A stretch of 64,000 nucleotides of DNA from Dehalococcoidia bacterium. Lineage in GTDB: Bacteria > Chloroflexota > Dehalococcoidia > Plut-88900. The notes beneath the pieces were generated by a model. It was not told the DNA's origin, made no database searches, and was given only the letters and a program-made list of their open reading frames with translations. The stretch spans positions 896,001-960,000 of the forward strand of contig OZ240215.1 of the NCBI GenBank assembly GCA_965197585.1, written 5' to 3'. Of this stretch, positions 18,651-28,390 are shown piece after piece (within the stretch, counting starts at the first letter, position 1; each line of letters starts with the position of its first letter). Both the position numbers and the translations under genes were made by a program.

Positions 18651-19613
18651 CTAACCCGCCGTCAACGCTGACCTTAGCTGGTGCATAGCCAGGTTGCCGC
18701 CGCTGACTACAACCGCCACCTTTTTGCCCCGGACTTGGTCCTTGATCTGCAATGCGCCTGCCAGGGAAGCGGCGCCCGCGCCCTCGGCCAAGGTGCGGGT
18801 CTTTTCGAGGAGCATGAGAATCGCATTCTGGATCTCTTCCTCGCTGACCTGCAGGAAATCATCGAGCATGTCCCGCATGATCGACTGAGGCATCTCGAAG
18901 GCAGTCCGGGTCGCTAGGCCCTCGGCGGCGGTCTCCATGGAGGCTTCAACCAGCTCGCCGCTCTTCCACGAAAGGTAAGCCGCAGGGGCCTTGGCCGCTC
19001 CAACGGCGATCACCTGGATGGCCGGGTTGATGGTCTTGGCGGCTATTGCTGTGCCGCAGGCCCCGCTACCCCCGCCCACCGGGACGAAAATTACTTCCAC
19101 GTCAGGGAGGTCTTCGATGATTTCGACGGCGTATGTCCCAACACCGGCGATGAGGTCGGGTTCGTTGCCGCTGTGGATGTATCGATAGCCGAACTCGGCG
19201 CAGAGGCGTTCGACGTGCCCTCGGGACTCGTCAAAGTCCGCGCCATGAAAGATGACTTCCGCGCCAAAGTCTCGCATCGCTTCCACCTTGCCGGGGTTCG
19301 CGCCTTCCGGCACGACGATAATCGCCCGGACTCCGAACAGCCGACCTGCGTAGGCTATCGATTGGCCGTGGTTGCCAGTCGAGGCGCAGATGATCCCCCG
19401 AGCCTTGTCCTCTTCGGAGAGCCGGGATACCAGATTGATCCCGCCCCTGACCTTGAAGGCCCCGGTGACCTGGTAGTTCTCGTGCTTCAGGTATACTTCG
19501 GCGCCCAGGGTGTCGGAGAGGGAGGGGTAGTGTCGGAGGGGGGTCCTGCTAACGTAGGGGCTTATGGCTCGGCGGGCAGAGAGGATATCTGCGAAGGTTG
19601 ACTGGGTGTGCAT
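18651..19613 (-). CDS. PLP-dependent threonine/serine dehydratase family protein
   Basis: KHENYQVTGAFKVRG, ASTGNHG, VPVGGGSG, VVSGGN; no regulatory ACT domain. Confidence 0.9.
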   Translation of the reverse strand: MHTQSTFADILSARRAISPYVSRTPLRHYPSLSDTLGAEVYLKHENYQVTGAFKVRGGINLVSRLSEEDKARGIICASTGNHGQSIAYAGRLFGVRAIIVVPEGANPGKVEAMRDFGAEVIFHGADFDESRGHVERLCAEFGYRYIHSGNEPDLIAGVGTYAVEIIEDLPDVEVIFVPVGGGSGACGTAIAAKTINPAIQVIAVGAAKAPAAYLSWKSGELVEASMETAAEGLATRTAFEMPQSIMRDMLDDFLQVSEEEIQNAILMLLEKTRTLAEGAGAASLAGALQIKDQVRGKKVAVVVSGGNLAMHQLRSALTAG

Positions 19614-19817
19614 ATGGAGGCTCCGATTGTCCCGTTTACGTTTGGTAGATTTTCGAAGGGCTTGTGCTAGAGGTTAGAGTCGTATGATAGGCCTCCGTGG
19701 AGGCCCCTTCAATGTTGGCGCGATACTGTGCTAGAGTATATGCACTAATTTGAAACTGAAGAGCGGCGGGAGAAGAAGACCAATCGGGTTTCGATCCCGC
19801 AGCGAGGCTGAAAAACC

Positions 19818-20180
19818 ATGAGTGGTCTAACGGGAATTGATGTAAATACGGTGGTCAAGGCCGAGCCGAACCCTAATTTGGATGAGATACACCCCGGAGA
19901 CACCGTCAAGGTGCACTATCGGGTAATAGAAGGGACCCGGGAGCGTATCCAGGTGTTCCAGGGAACGGTCATCAGGGTCCACTCCGGCGCTATCGATGGG
20001 AACTTCACGGTGCGCAGGGTAGCGCACGCGGTGGGTGTGGAGAGGACGTTCCTGTTCAATTCACCCAGGCTTCAGAGGCTCGAAGTCGTAAAACTGGGTC
20101 GGGTCAGGCGGGCCCGCCTGTACTACCTGCGGGGCCTGTCGGGCAAGGCCGCCCGTATCAAAGAGAAGCGCTACAACTAG
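19818..20180 (+). CDS. rplS: 50S ribosomal protein L19
   Basis: [44 protein letters not shown]. Confidence 0.98.
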   Translation: MSGLTGIDVNTVVKAEPNPNLDEIHPGDTVKVHYRVIEGTRERIQVFQGTVIRVHSGAIDGNFTVRRVAHAVGVERTFLFNSPRLQRLEVVKLGRVRRARLYYLRGLSGKAARIKEKRYN

Positions 20181-20261
20181 AGGCCCGAGGCCCGGCTTCC
20201 GAGTCCATTTCACCTCTTCCCTGTTCCGGGGCGACCATATGCAGTGCCGCAGATATTGGCT

Positions 20262-22715
20262 ATGCCATTCGCTGAGATCGCCGTCGATGCACCCCTGGAA
20301 CCCGACAGGACTTTCACCTATTCCGTTTCCTCCCACCTGGACCTGAGACCCGGTCATTCCGTTTGGGTCCCCTTCGGGCCGCGCCGTCTGCAGGGCATCG
20401 TCTTCGAACTCGCCGCTTCTTCCAACTTCGAGGAAACGCGGGAGATAATCGGGCTTGTCGACCCTGCCCCGATTCTCGGGTCCCGGCAGCTCTCTCTCGC
20501 TCGATGGATAAGCCGCCGATACCTCTGCTCCCTCTTCGAGGCCGCTGCGTTGATGCTGCCCCACGGTTTCCGGCGCAAGGTGCGGACTTTTTATTCGCTC
20601 AACCCAGGCCCTTTGCCTGACTCCTTCGTCCCGTCGGAATCGGAGAAAAAGGCGCTGGATACGTTGGCAGAGGTGGGACGTACGGAAATTGCCGGGTTGA
20701 AGGGGAAGCTGGGGTCTCGGGCACAGGTGAGGGTGGAAAAACTGGCGAGGTGGGGGGTGGTGAGACGGGAGTCGGAGTGGCCGAGACCCGTCGTTTCTCC
20801 CAAATACGAGACACAGTTTTTCCTGAAGATGGATGCCAAACAGGCAGTTGTACGGGCGCGCCTGAAGAAAAATGCAGTCAACCAGCGAGCCCTGCTGGAT
20901 GCACTGTTCGAGATGCCTGACGGGGTTAGTGCGTCAGAGCTCAGAGAGCGCAGCATATCGACTGCTGCGATAAAAACCCTGGGGGAGAGGGGGGTATTGG
21001 GTTCCCGGAAGGTGCGGGTTATCAGGGACCCCTTGGCGTCGAGACACTACGAACGGATGGACGCACCCGCGCTTATGGAAGACCAGCAATGGGCCTGGAC
21101 GCCGATCGAGGAGGCGTTAGAAAAGTCGGCGGCGGGTGGGGAGGGGAATGCGTTCCTGCTGCGGGGGGTTACCGGAAGCGGCAAGACCGAGCTTTACATA
21201 AGGGCGCTGGAGCGCACCCTGGAGTTGGGTCGCCGGGGCATCGTGCTAGTGCCGGAGATATCGCTCACCCCGCAAACGATTCAGAGATTCAGCAGCCGGT
21301 TTCCGGGACAGGTGGCCATCTTGCACAGCCGACTGAAAGCAGGGGAGAAGTTCGACGAATGGTGGCGCATTCGAGACGGGGAATTCGGGGTGGTGATAGG
21401 CCCGAGAAGCGCATTGTTTTCGCCGCAGCCGGACCTCGGGCTGATAGTGCTGGATGAGGAGCACGACAGCTCCTACAAGCAGTCGGAGCCCGCGCCTCGC
21501 TACCACGCCAGGGACGCGGCCCTTGAACTGGCAAAGCTGTCGGGGGCAGTGGTGATTCTCGGGAGCGCGACGCCCGACGTCACGACGTCATATAGGGCGT
21601 CGATAGGAGAATTGGAATACCTGGAGCTCCCGAGACGCATATCGGTCAGGCCCAGGCTATCGGGAGTGGAAGAGGAAGGAATCGGAGGAATGGCGAGAGT
21701 CGACGTGGTGGACATGAAACAGGAGCTTAGAAGCGGCAACCGCGACATGTTCAGCCGGTTATTGCGGAGCGAGATGGGCAAGGCTCTGTATGCAGGCGAG
21801 CAGGTGATTCTGTTCATAAACAGGAGGGGTTTCGCCACGTCGGTGCACTGCCGAGAGTGTGGGCTGGTGGTCAGGTGTCGGCGCTGCGAGGTGGCGCTCA
21901 TTTATCACGGGGCCAAGGGCAAACTTGTGTGCCATCACTGCGGTTATAACATCAGGAAACCCGAGGTGTGCCGAGGCTGCGGCAGCCCGGACCTCGGGTA
22001 TTTGGGCACGGGCACGCAGCGGTTGGAAGAAGAGATGCGGCTGAGATTTCCCAATGCCAGGACATTCCGGTGGGACCGGGACTCGATCTCCAAGCCGTCG
22101 GAGCATGAGGAAGTGCTGGAGAAGCTGCAGACGGGTCAGATCGACATACTCATCGGGACTCAGATGGTGGCCCAGGGATTGCATCTGCCGCAAGTGACAC
22201 TGGTGGGGGTGATGAGCGCCGACGTCGGCATCAACTTCCCCGATTTCAGGGCGGGGGAGCGGGTGTTCCAGCTTTTGACCCAGGTGGCGGGGCGGGCGGG
22301 CCGGGGCCCGGGGGGAGGGAGGGTGGTGGTGCAGACTTTCAACCCGGATCACTACGCCATCCAGGCTGTCGCCGACCACGACTATGTCGGCTTCTACCGG
22401 CAGGAGACCAGCTATCGAAGGCAAAATCGCTATCCCCCCTACGCCCGGCTAACGAGGCTGGTCCACTCACAATTCGACCCGGCCAAGGCGGAGGCTGAGT
22501 CCCAGAAGGTTGCGGTCCGGCTGCGAAAGGAGCGCGACCGTCTGGGCCTGCCGCAGACCGACGTTCTGGGCCCGGTCCCTTGTTTCGTGCCGAGGCTGAA
22601 GGGCCGGTACCGCTGGCACGTCCTGATCAGATGCGACGAGCCCGCCCGACTCTTGGAACGGGTGGGGCTGGGTGAGGGGTGGTCGGTGGACGTGGACCCG
22701 GTGACTCTGCTGTGA
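20262..22715 (+). CDS. priA: Primosomal protein N'
   Basis: GVTGSGKTE, LVPEISLTPQ, DEEHD..YKQ, GSATP, four CxxC zinc motifs, QVAGRAGR, VDVDP. Confidence 0.97.
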   Translation: MPFAEIAVDAPLEPDRTFTYSVSSHLDLRPGHSVWVPFGPRRLQGIVFELAASSNFEETREIIGLVDPAPILGSRQLSLARWISRRYLCSLFEAAALMLPHGFRRKVRTFYSLNPGPLPDSFVPSESEKKALDTLAEVGRTEIAGLKGKLGSRAQVRVEKLARWGVVRRESEWPRPVVSPKYETQFFLKMDAKQAVVRARLKKNAVNQRALLDALFEMPDGVSASELRERSISTAAIKTLGERGVLGSRKVRVIRDPLASRHYERMDAPALMEDQQWAWTPIEEALEKSAAGGEGNAFLLRGVTGSGKTELYIRALERTLELGRRGIVLVPEISLTPQTIQRFSSRFPGQVAILHSRLKAGEKFDEWWRIRDGEFGVVIGPRSALFSPQPDLGLIVLDEEHDSSYKQSEPAPRYHARDAALELAKLSGAVVILGSATPDVTTSYRASIGELEYLELPRRISVRPRLSGVEEEGIGGMARVDVVDMKQELRSGNRDMFSRLLRSEMGKALYAGEQVILFINRRGFATSVHCRECGLVVRCRRCEVALIYHGAKGKLVCHHCGYNIRKPEVCRGCGSPDLGYLGTGTQRLEEEMRLRFPNARTFRWDRDSISKPSEHEEVLEKLQTGQIDILIGTQMVAQGLHLPQVTLVGVMSADVGINFPDFRAGERVFQLLTQVAGRAGRGPGGGRVVVQTFNPDHYAIQAVADHDYVGFYRQETSYRRQNRYPPYARLTRLVHSQFDPAKAEAESQKVAVRLRKERDRLGLPQTDVLGPVPCFVPRLKGRYRWHVLIRCDEPARLLERVGLGEGWSVDVDPVTLL

Positions 22716-22738
22716 CGTGGGCCCCTTGCCCCCTAAAA

Positions 22739-23500
22739 GTGACACGAACCCCTTGACCAAATCAAAACACTTGTACTATTATCCCCTCGACTAGCTCGTC
22801 ACTCACCCTAACTATCTCAAGGAGGAACCACAACCCAGGGGGAAACCCAGCCCCGGCCCCGAGGACTCAACGTCCCAGCCCATCCCAAAGGGCGGCCCAC
22901 ACGCCGCCCCTCGGCTCAAGCGAAAGCCGCCATCTCCTCATACCAAAGGCCCGGCTGCCCCTTCCCCAACCACCCAGGCGATGGAAGGTCCACAGACTAT
23001 GCTCGGCATGCCCCGTCCAAGGCCCCTGCCGATTCAACGCTTCCCACTACCGGATGCGTTTACCCCGGCCATTTACGTGCCGGTTTACCGGACAGGTCAA
23101 CCGACCCCCGGTCTAGCAAGGCCCTCGTGCCTTGTTTGTCCCGCCGTCCCCGCCATCCGTCTCTACGACCGATGCACCGGGACGCCGGTTATGAAAGACC
23201 GCCTCAGGCGGCATCTTCCCCGTCAGCGGTCCGGTCAAGTGCCGCTGCCGGAGGGATCGGCCCCACACAACCCTGACCACAGCCGACAACATGTGGGGAT
23301 AATCCAGCCCGGCGCCGACGGCTCGGCAGCAACCTACGGCCTGGTTTCTAGTCCCGGACCTTCCATCGCCTGCCTCCCCTCAACAAACAAACCCGAAACA
23401 CCCAAATCCCAATCGAAGATGGAACATCCACCTTGGGCGGGTCCGCCTCAGGAGGACTGAATAAAACTCCAGTGTGTCACTAATCTACCGAACGAGTACA
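22739..23500 (+). repeat. Copy 1 of a ~0.8 kb dispersed structured element (promoter, LexA-like box, inverted-repeat-bounded variable interior)
   Basis: Both ends align with the reverse complement of 40186-41056; GTGACAC...GTGTCAC near the ends; perfect 17-bp inverted repeat 22975-22991/23356-23372. Confidence 0.85.
22753..22782 (+). promoter_or_regulatory. Promoter with LexA-like box (element copy 1)
   Basis: TTGACC-N18-TATTAT with AAAC-ACTT-GTAC in the spacer; same layout as copy 2. Confidence 0.6.
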
Positions 23501-23586
23501 CGACCTTTACAGGTCTAAGGCCATTTCATAGAATGGGCCGGTGCCCGAATCAAACATGATATTTCGCTACGCCGCAGAGACTCCCA

Positions 23587-24072
23587 TTGGCCGTACTCCC
23601 GCTTAGAGTCGCCCCCGACCCGATACTCCGCCAGAGGGCCAAACGCGTCCGGGCTATAGACGCGTATATCAAGAAGCTGGCGGAAGACATGGTGGAGAGC
23701 ATGCATGAGTACAACGGCGTGGGTATTGCAGCTCCACAAGTGGGTGTTTCCCTCAGAGTCATCGTGATTGAGGTGCCGGATGAGCCCGTTATCACGCTTA
23801 TCAACCCGGAGATCGTGAAGAAGACCGGTGAACGTGACGTAAGCGAGGGCTGCCTGAGCATTCCGGGCTACAGGGGGGATATCAAGAGGGCGGAAACTGT
23901 CCTGGCAAAGGGGCAGGGGCTTGACGGGAAAGAGGTGAGAATCAAGGCAACGGACCTGCTCGCCCAGGCCCTGGAGCATGAGGTCGGGCATATCCAGGGT
24001 TCTCTTTATACCGACCTCCTGGAGAGCATAGACAAACTGCATAAGCTGCCCCCGGAAGAAGAGGAAGAATAG
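23587..24072 (+). CDS. def: Peptide deformylase
   Basis: GVGIAAPQVG, EGCLSIPG, EHEVGH (variant of HExDH); TTG start. Confidence 0.95.
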   Translation: MAVLPLRVAPDPILRQRAKRVRAIDAYIKKLAEDMVESMHEYNGVGIAAPQVGVSLRVIVIEVPDEPVITLINPEIVKKTGERDVSEGCLSIPGYRGDIKRAETVLAKGQGLDGKEVRIKATDLLAQALEHEVGHIQGSLYTDLLESIDKLHKLPPEEEEE

Positions 24073-24198
24073 GTGGACAGGGGGGTGGGGGGCGGTTTGA
24101 GTTATCATTGACGCAATTGTGCAAGGAATCACTAATGACTCGCGGGGCCGCAAGGCGTAGAATAGGTTATACCGACTCGTGAACGGCGGACTATTTAG

Positions 24199-26595
24199 TT
24201 GATCATACTTCTCCGGCTATACAAGCTCTTTCCCAAGGGCAACACCTTAAGCCTGCTAATCATCGGCCTGCTCGTCATTGCAGCCCTGGTGGTCCTGGTC
24301 CCGAACAAGACGCCCGGCCTTGACAGGGAGGGATTCCGGCAAGGGCTGGACATCAAGGGCGGCACCCACCTCGTCTACGAGGCTATCCCCCCTGAGGGAG
24401 AAGTCGTCACCGATTCCCAGATGGAGGGAGTCATAAGCATAATCCGGCGCCGGGTAGACGCGTTCGGGGTGTCGGAGCCCATCGTACAGAGAGTCGGGGA
24501 CGACCGTATCATGGTGCAGATCCCCGGCATCAAGGACGTGGAACAAGCCAAGAGTCTCATTGGCAAGACGGCCCAGCTTGATTTCCGGGAGCAGAGACGC
24601 AAGGAAGACGGCACATTCGTTACCGATCCCACTACTGGCAGTATCATCTGGGACCCGGCCCTCACGACAAACGATACCGGCCAATTGGCGCCTGTCACGG
24701 GTGAATTCCTGCTCCCGACCTCCCAGGTATTGCTTGACCCGAGCACCAACCTTCCCCAAGTCGCCTTCGAGTTCAATGACGAAGGCGCCAGGATGTTCGA
24801 GAGGGTTACGAGCAGGCTGCTCAACCAGCCCCTGGGGATACATCTTGACGGGGACCTCATCTCTTCCCCGACAGTGCAAGCCGTCATATCGAGAAACGGT
24901 GTAATTACGGGGCTCTCTCTAGACGAAGCAGACGTCTTGGCCATTCAGCTAAACGCGGGCGCCCTTCCCATTCCCATCCAGACGATACGCGAGCAGGACG
25001 TTGATGCAACGCTGGGCGCGGAATCGGTGAGCAAGAGCCTGGTAGCGGGGGTGGTGGGTTTGCTTCTCGTCCTCGGGTTCCTGATGTTCTACTACAGGCT
25101 GCCTGGTGTCCTCTCCGCAGGCGCACTCATAATCTACGGGATGGTGGTGCTGTCGACGTTCAAGCTGCTTCCCGTGACCCTTACGCTCTCGGGCATCGCC
25201 GGCTTCATCTTGTCCATCGGCATGGCGGTCGACGCCAACGTCCTTATATTCGAAAGACTGAAAGAGGAATTACGAGCGGGTCGAAGTCTGAGGGTAGGCA
25301 TTGAGGCGGGGTTCAACCGGGCCTGGGTGGCCATCCGTGACAGCAATGTCTCGACACTGATCACCTGCGCCATATTGTGGTGGTTCGGGAACAAGCTGGG
25401 GACACCGCTGGTAACCGGCTTTGCGATCACGCTGGCCATCGGCGTGGTAACAAGCATGTTCTCGGCGATGTTCGTGACCAGGAGTTTCCTCAGGTTCGTC
25501 GTCGGGGCCCGGGTGCAGGAGAAGCCTGGGTTATTCGGACTGGGCAAGGCCGGGGCTCAGGCGGTCGAGGCTTCAACCCCTCGGCGTGGGCTGAACCTGG
25601 TCAACAAGCGGGTCTGGTACTTCGTTATCTCGGGGGCGGTCCTGTTACCGGGCATCGTCTCCCTGATCTTCCCTCCGGCCTTCAACACGGGCATCGAGTT
25701 CTCCAGTGGCTCGACCATTGAGGTTCGGTTCATAAACCCCTCCGACCTGTCGAGACTCACGACCGGTGCGGTTACGTCTCAGGCCGTGCGGGAGGTGCTG
25801 GACGAGCTGGGGCACGGCGACGCGATAGTTCAAGCCCTGGAGGCCAATGCGTTCCTCATCCGTACCGAGACGCTGGGGCAGGGTGAGATCGACCAGGACG
25901 GGAACGTGGGCCCCTCGGACAGCCAGCTTATTCAGCAGGCATTCGCACAGCGCTTTGGGGGGACGAGTATAGACCGCTTCGAGGTCGACTTCGTGTCTCC
26001 GATAGTAGCCGCTGAGATGGTGCGTAACGCGGCGCTGGCAGTGCTGTTCGCAATAATCGGCATTTTCTTATACATAGCGTGGGCATTTCGTAAGATGCCC
26101 CATTTCTTCCGATATAGCCTATCGGCGGTATTTGCCCTGTCCCACGACGTCCTGATAGTACTGGGCCTCTTCTCGATCATGGGGAAGGTGTTCGGGATTG
26201 AGCTGAATACAATGGTGATCACAGCCATCCTGGCAGTGATCGGTTACAGCATTAACAACACCATCGTAGTCTTCGACCGCATCAGGGAGAACATGCTCAA
26301 GCGGACGGGCGAGCGGTTCGAAGTCACCGTGAACAACAGCCTGCTGGAGACGATGGGTCGATCGCTGAACACCAGCCTGACAACGCTGTTCACGCTGATG
26401 GCCCTGGCCCTCTTTGGCGGGAGTACGCTGCTGCCGTTCATCCTGGTACTGCTCATCGGCGTGATTGCCGGAACGTACAGTTCCATGCTGATAGGCCCGC
26501 AGATTCTGGTGATGTGGGAGAACCGGGAGTTCGGCGTGATACTGCGCCGTGTCCAGGCCCGGCTCGGCGGAGCCCGAGCCCGCACCCCCACTTAG
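24199..26595 (+). CDS. secDF: Fused protein translocase subunit SecDF
   Basis: GLDIKGG, LNAGALP, SIGMAVDANVLIFER, DSNVST (SecD) then GIEFSSG, SHDV, IGYSINNTIVVFDRIRE, GTYSS (SecF). Confidence 0.95.
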   Translation: MIILLRLYKLFPKGNTLSLLIIGLLVIAALVVLVPNKTPGLDREGFRQGLDIKGGTHLVYEAIPPEGEVVTDSQMEGVISIIRRRVDAFGVSEPIVQRVGDDRIMVQIPGIKDVEQAKSLIGKTAQLDFREQRRKEDGTFVTDPTTGSIIWDPALTTNDTGQLAPVTGEFLLPTSQVLLDPSTNLPQVAFEFNDEGARMFERVTSRLLNQPLGIHLDGDLISSPTVQAVISRNGVITGLSLDEADVLAIQLNAGALPIPIQTIREQDVDATLGAESVSKSLVAGVVGLLLVLGFLMFYYRLPGVLSAGALIIYGMVVLSTFKLLPVTLTLSGIAGFILSIGMAVDANVLIFERLKEELRAGRSLRVGIEAGFNRAWVAIRDSNVSTLITCAILWWFGNKLGTPLVTGFAITLAIGVVTSMFSAMFVTRSFLRFVVGARVQEKPGLFGLGKAGAQAVEASTPRRGLNLVNKRVWYFVISGAVLLPGIVSLIFPPAFNTGIEFSSGSTIEVRFINPSDLSRLTTGAVTSQAVREVLDELGHGDAIVQALEANAFLIRTETLGQGEIDQDGNVGPSDSQLIQQAFAQRFGGTSIDRFEVDFVSPIVAAEMVRNAALAVLFAIIGIFLYIAWAFRKMPHFFRYSLSAVFALSHDVLIVLGLFSIMGKVFGIELNTMVITAILAVIGYSINNTIVVFDRIRENMLKRTGERFEVTVNNSLLETMGRSLNTSLTTLFTLMALALFGGSTLLPFILVLLIGVIAGTYSSMLIGPQILVMWENREFGVILRRVQARLGGARARTPT

Positions 26596-26723
26596 CTCCT
26601 GGACCTTGGGCGTAGGCCCCAAACGCCATCTTTTCCTTGACACCGGATACCCCTGAATATACCCTCACGTTAGGGAACTGGAAGGCCCGTAGCCCCCAAG
26701 TAGAGACAGCGAAGGAAGGGATA

Positions 26724-27593
26724 ATGAGAGACAAACTCGTAACCCTGGAACAGGCCGCCAACCTGGTACGTACCGGCGACAAAGTGATCATGATGGGGGG
26801 CCTGGACTACACCCCAATGGCGCTATTGAGGGAGATAGTCAGGGGCGGGACGACTGACCTGAACACTCTCGGTGTGGTGGGAGCGTCACTGAATCTCGAC
26901 TTCCTGGTCGGGGCGGGTCGGACGGCCACCGTGGAGACCTGCGATTTCAACTTCCAGCCCTTCGCCAGGGTCGCGCCCAACTACCTGCGCCTCCAGAAGC
27001 AGGGCCGCATCAAGATGAAAGACAACACCTGAGGCGTGCTCTATAGCATGGTCCAGGCTGGATCAATGGGCATCCCCTTCGTCCCGACCCTCGGCTACGC
27101 AGGCAGTGACGTAATTAGGGAAAGAGACGACTTCACCATGGCCCCCAACCCCTTCGACCCGTCAGAGACGGTGGTGATGGCCAAGGCTATCACTCCCGAC
27201 GTCGCATTGTTCCACGGAAGCAAGGGTGACAGCCGAGGCAACGTGCTGGTCAGCAAAGGCGGGGAAGCCTTGATGCTGGCGCAGGCGTCGGACAAGGTGG
27301 TAGTGACGGTTGAGGAGATCGTGGATTCGGTCTCGCAGAACGATCCAACGGGGACTTTCATTCCTGCAATCCACGTCAAGGCTGTGGCCCACGCGCCTTT
27401 CGGGGCCTACCCCAGCGCGTGCCCGGGCTTCTATGGCATGGACGTGGAGGAGATGAAGAAGTACCTGGACGCTTCCACTTCCGACGAGACCTTTGAAGGT
27501 TACCTGGCCGATGAGGTATACGCCTTCCACGACCACGAGGACTACTGCCGGTCTCGGGGCCTGGGGGTTCGGGTGCCTGCAGCGGTGGGGTAG
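26724..27593 (+). CDS. Class I CoA-transferase-fold alpha subunit with in-frame UGA (27030-27032), probable selenocysteine
   Basis: ORFs 26637-27032 and 27036-27593 share one frame, separated only by TGA: ...KMKDNT*GVLYSMVQAGSMGIPFVP...PDVALFHG..GDSRGN...VVVTVEEIV; hairpin follows the TGA. Confidence 0.8.
27036..27073 (+). promoter_or_regulatory. Candidate bacterial SECIS hairpin
   Basis: Upper stem CATGGTCCA/TGGATC(A)ATG with GGC loop at 27056-27058 (~23 nt after UGA); lower stem GTGCTC/GGGCAT. Confidence 0.55.
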
Positions 27594-28345
27594 TGTCTCA
27601 ACCGCCTAACTGCACGTTCGAAGAGTTCATGGCCGTCCTCCTGTCGCGGGAGGTGCATGATTGGGAGACCTCGGCCTGCGGTGCACTGTCCTTCATACCT
27701 GCCTCCGCACTCCTTCTGGCCGAAGCGTCCCACGCCCCGAACGGCGAATTCATAGTCCTGGACAGCGACTACTACAACCCGTTCGTCGGGGGGAAGGACT
27801 TCCACTACCTCGCCCAGAGGGGAAAGCTCGACCTGTTCTTCATGAGCGGGATCGAGATAGACCGGGAGGCCAACTTCAACCTGCACCTCATCGGAGACCC
27901 CGATTCGCCAGAGGTCAGGATGCCGGGTCAATACGGAACGGGGCTCCTCTACTATGCCGTGCCCCGCATAGTGCTCTTCCGCACCCGCCACGATAAGCGG
28001 ACATTCGTTGAGAAAGTGGACTATGTCTCGGCGGCTTCCTCTTCGCCGGAGGGCTTTGTCCGCCGTACAAAGGAAGTGGGGGTAATAACTCCGCTGGCAA
28101 AGATGGAGCTATCGAGGGAGTCGGGTATATTGGAGTTGGTCTCTGTGCACCAGGGGCACACGCTTGAAGAGGTGAGAGAGAACACGGGCTTCGAGCTGAA
28201 GATTAAGGACGGCGGCGAGACTGCGCCGATGACTCCGATTATTTCTGATGAGGAGCTTCACCTGCTCCGTACAGACGTCAAGGCCCGAATGATCGAAACC
28301 AACACCTACCCCCACGACGCCCGGGCCAATATACGCGAAGCGTAA
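27593..28345 (+). CDS. Class I CoA-transferase-fold beta subunit
   Basis: LDLFFMSGIEIDREANFNL, VRMPG..G, HDKRTFVEKVDYVS, ITPLA, SVHQG..LEEVRENTGFEL; start overlaps the alpha stop. Confidence 0.88.
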   Translation: MSQPPNCTFEEFMAVLLSREVHDWETSACGALSFIPASALLLAEASHAPNGEFIVLDSDYYNPFVGGKDFHYLAQRGKLDLFFMSGIEIDREANFNLHLIGDPDSPEVRMPGQYGTGLLYYAVPRIVLFRTRHDKRTFVEKVDYVSAASSSPEGFVRRTKEVGVITPLAKMELSRESGILELVSVHQGHTLEEVRENTGFELKIKDGGETAPMTPIISDEELHLLRTDVKARMIETNTYPHDARANIREA

Positions 28346-28390
28346 ACCCGAAGCCTTCCCCCGCTAAACAGCGCAAAGGGCGTTTCCAGA

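Noticed and set aside
19760-19817. Possible L19 leader hairpin (GCGGGA...TCCCGC) upstream of rplS
   Set aside because: A single short stem without comparative support.
22981-23460. 159-aa Pro-rich ORF inside element copy 1; the arms keep similar frames in both copies (QSKMEHPP..ED*)
   Set aside because: No RBS at the ATG, the equivalent frame in copy 2 stops after 30 codons, arm substitutions are mostly non-synonymous and the left arm of copy 2 has a stop and frame change. Descent from a decayed gene is not fully excluded.
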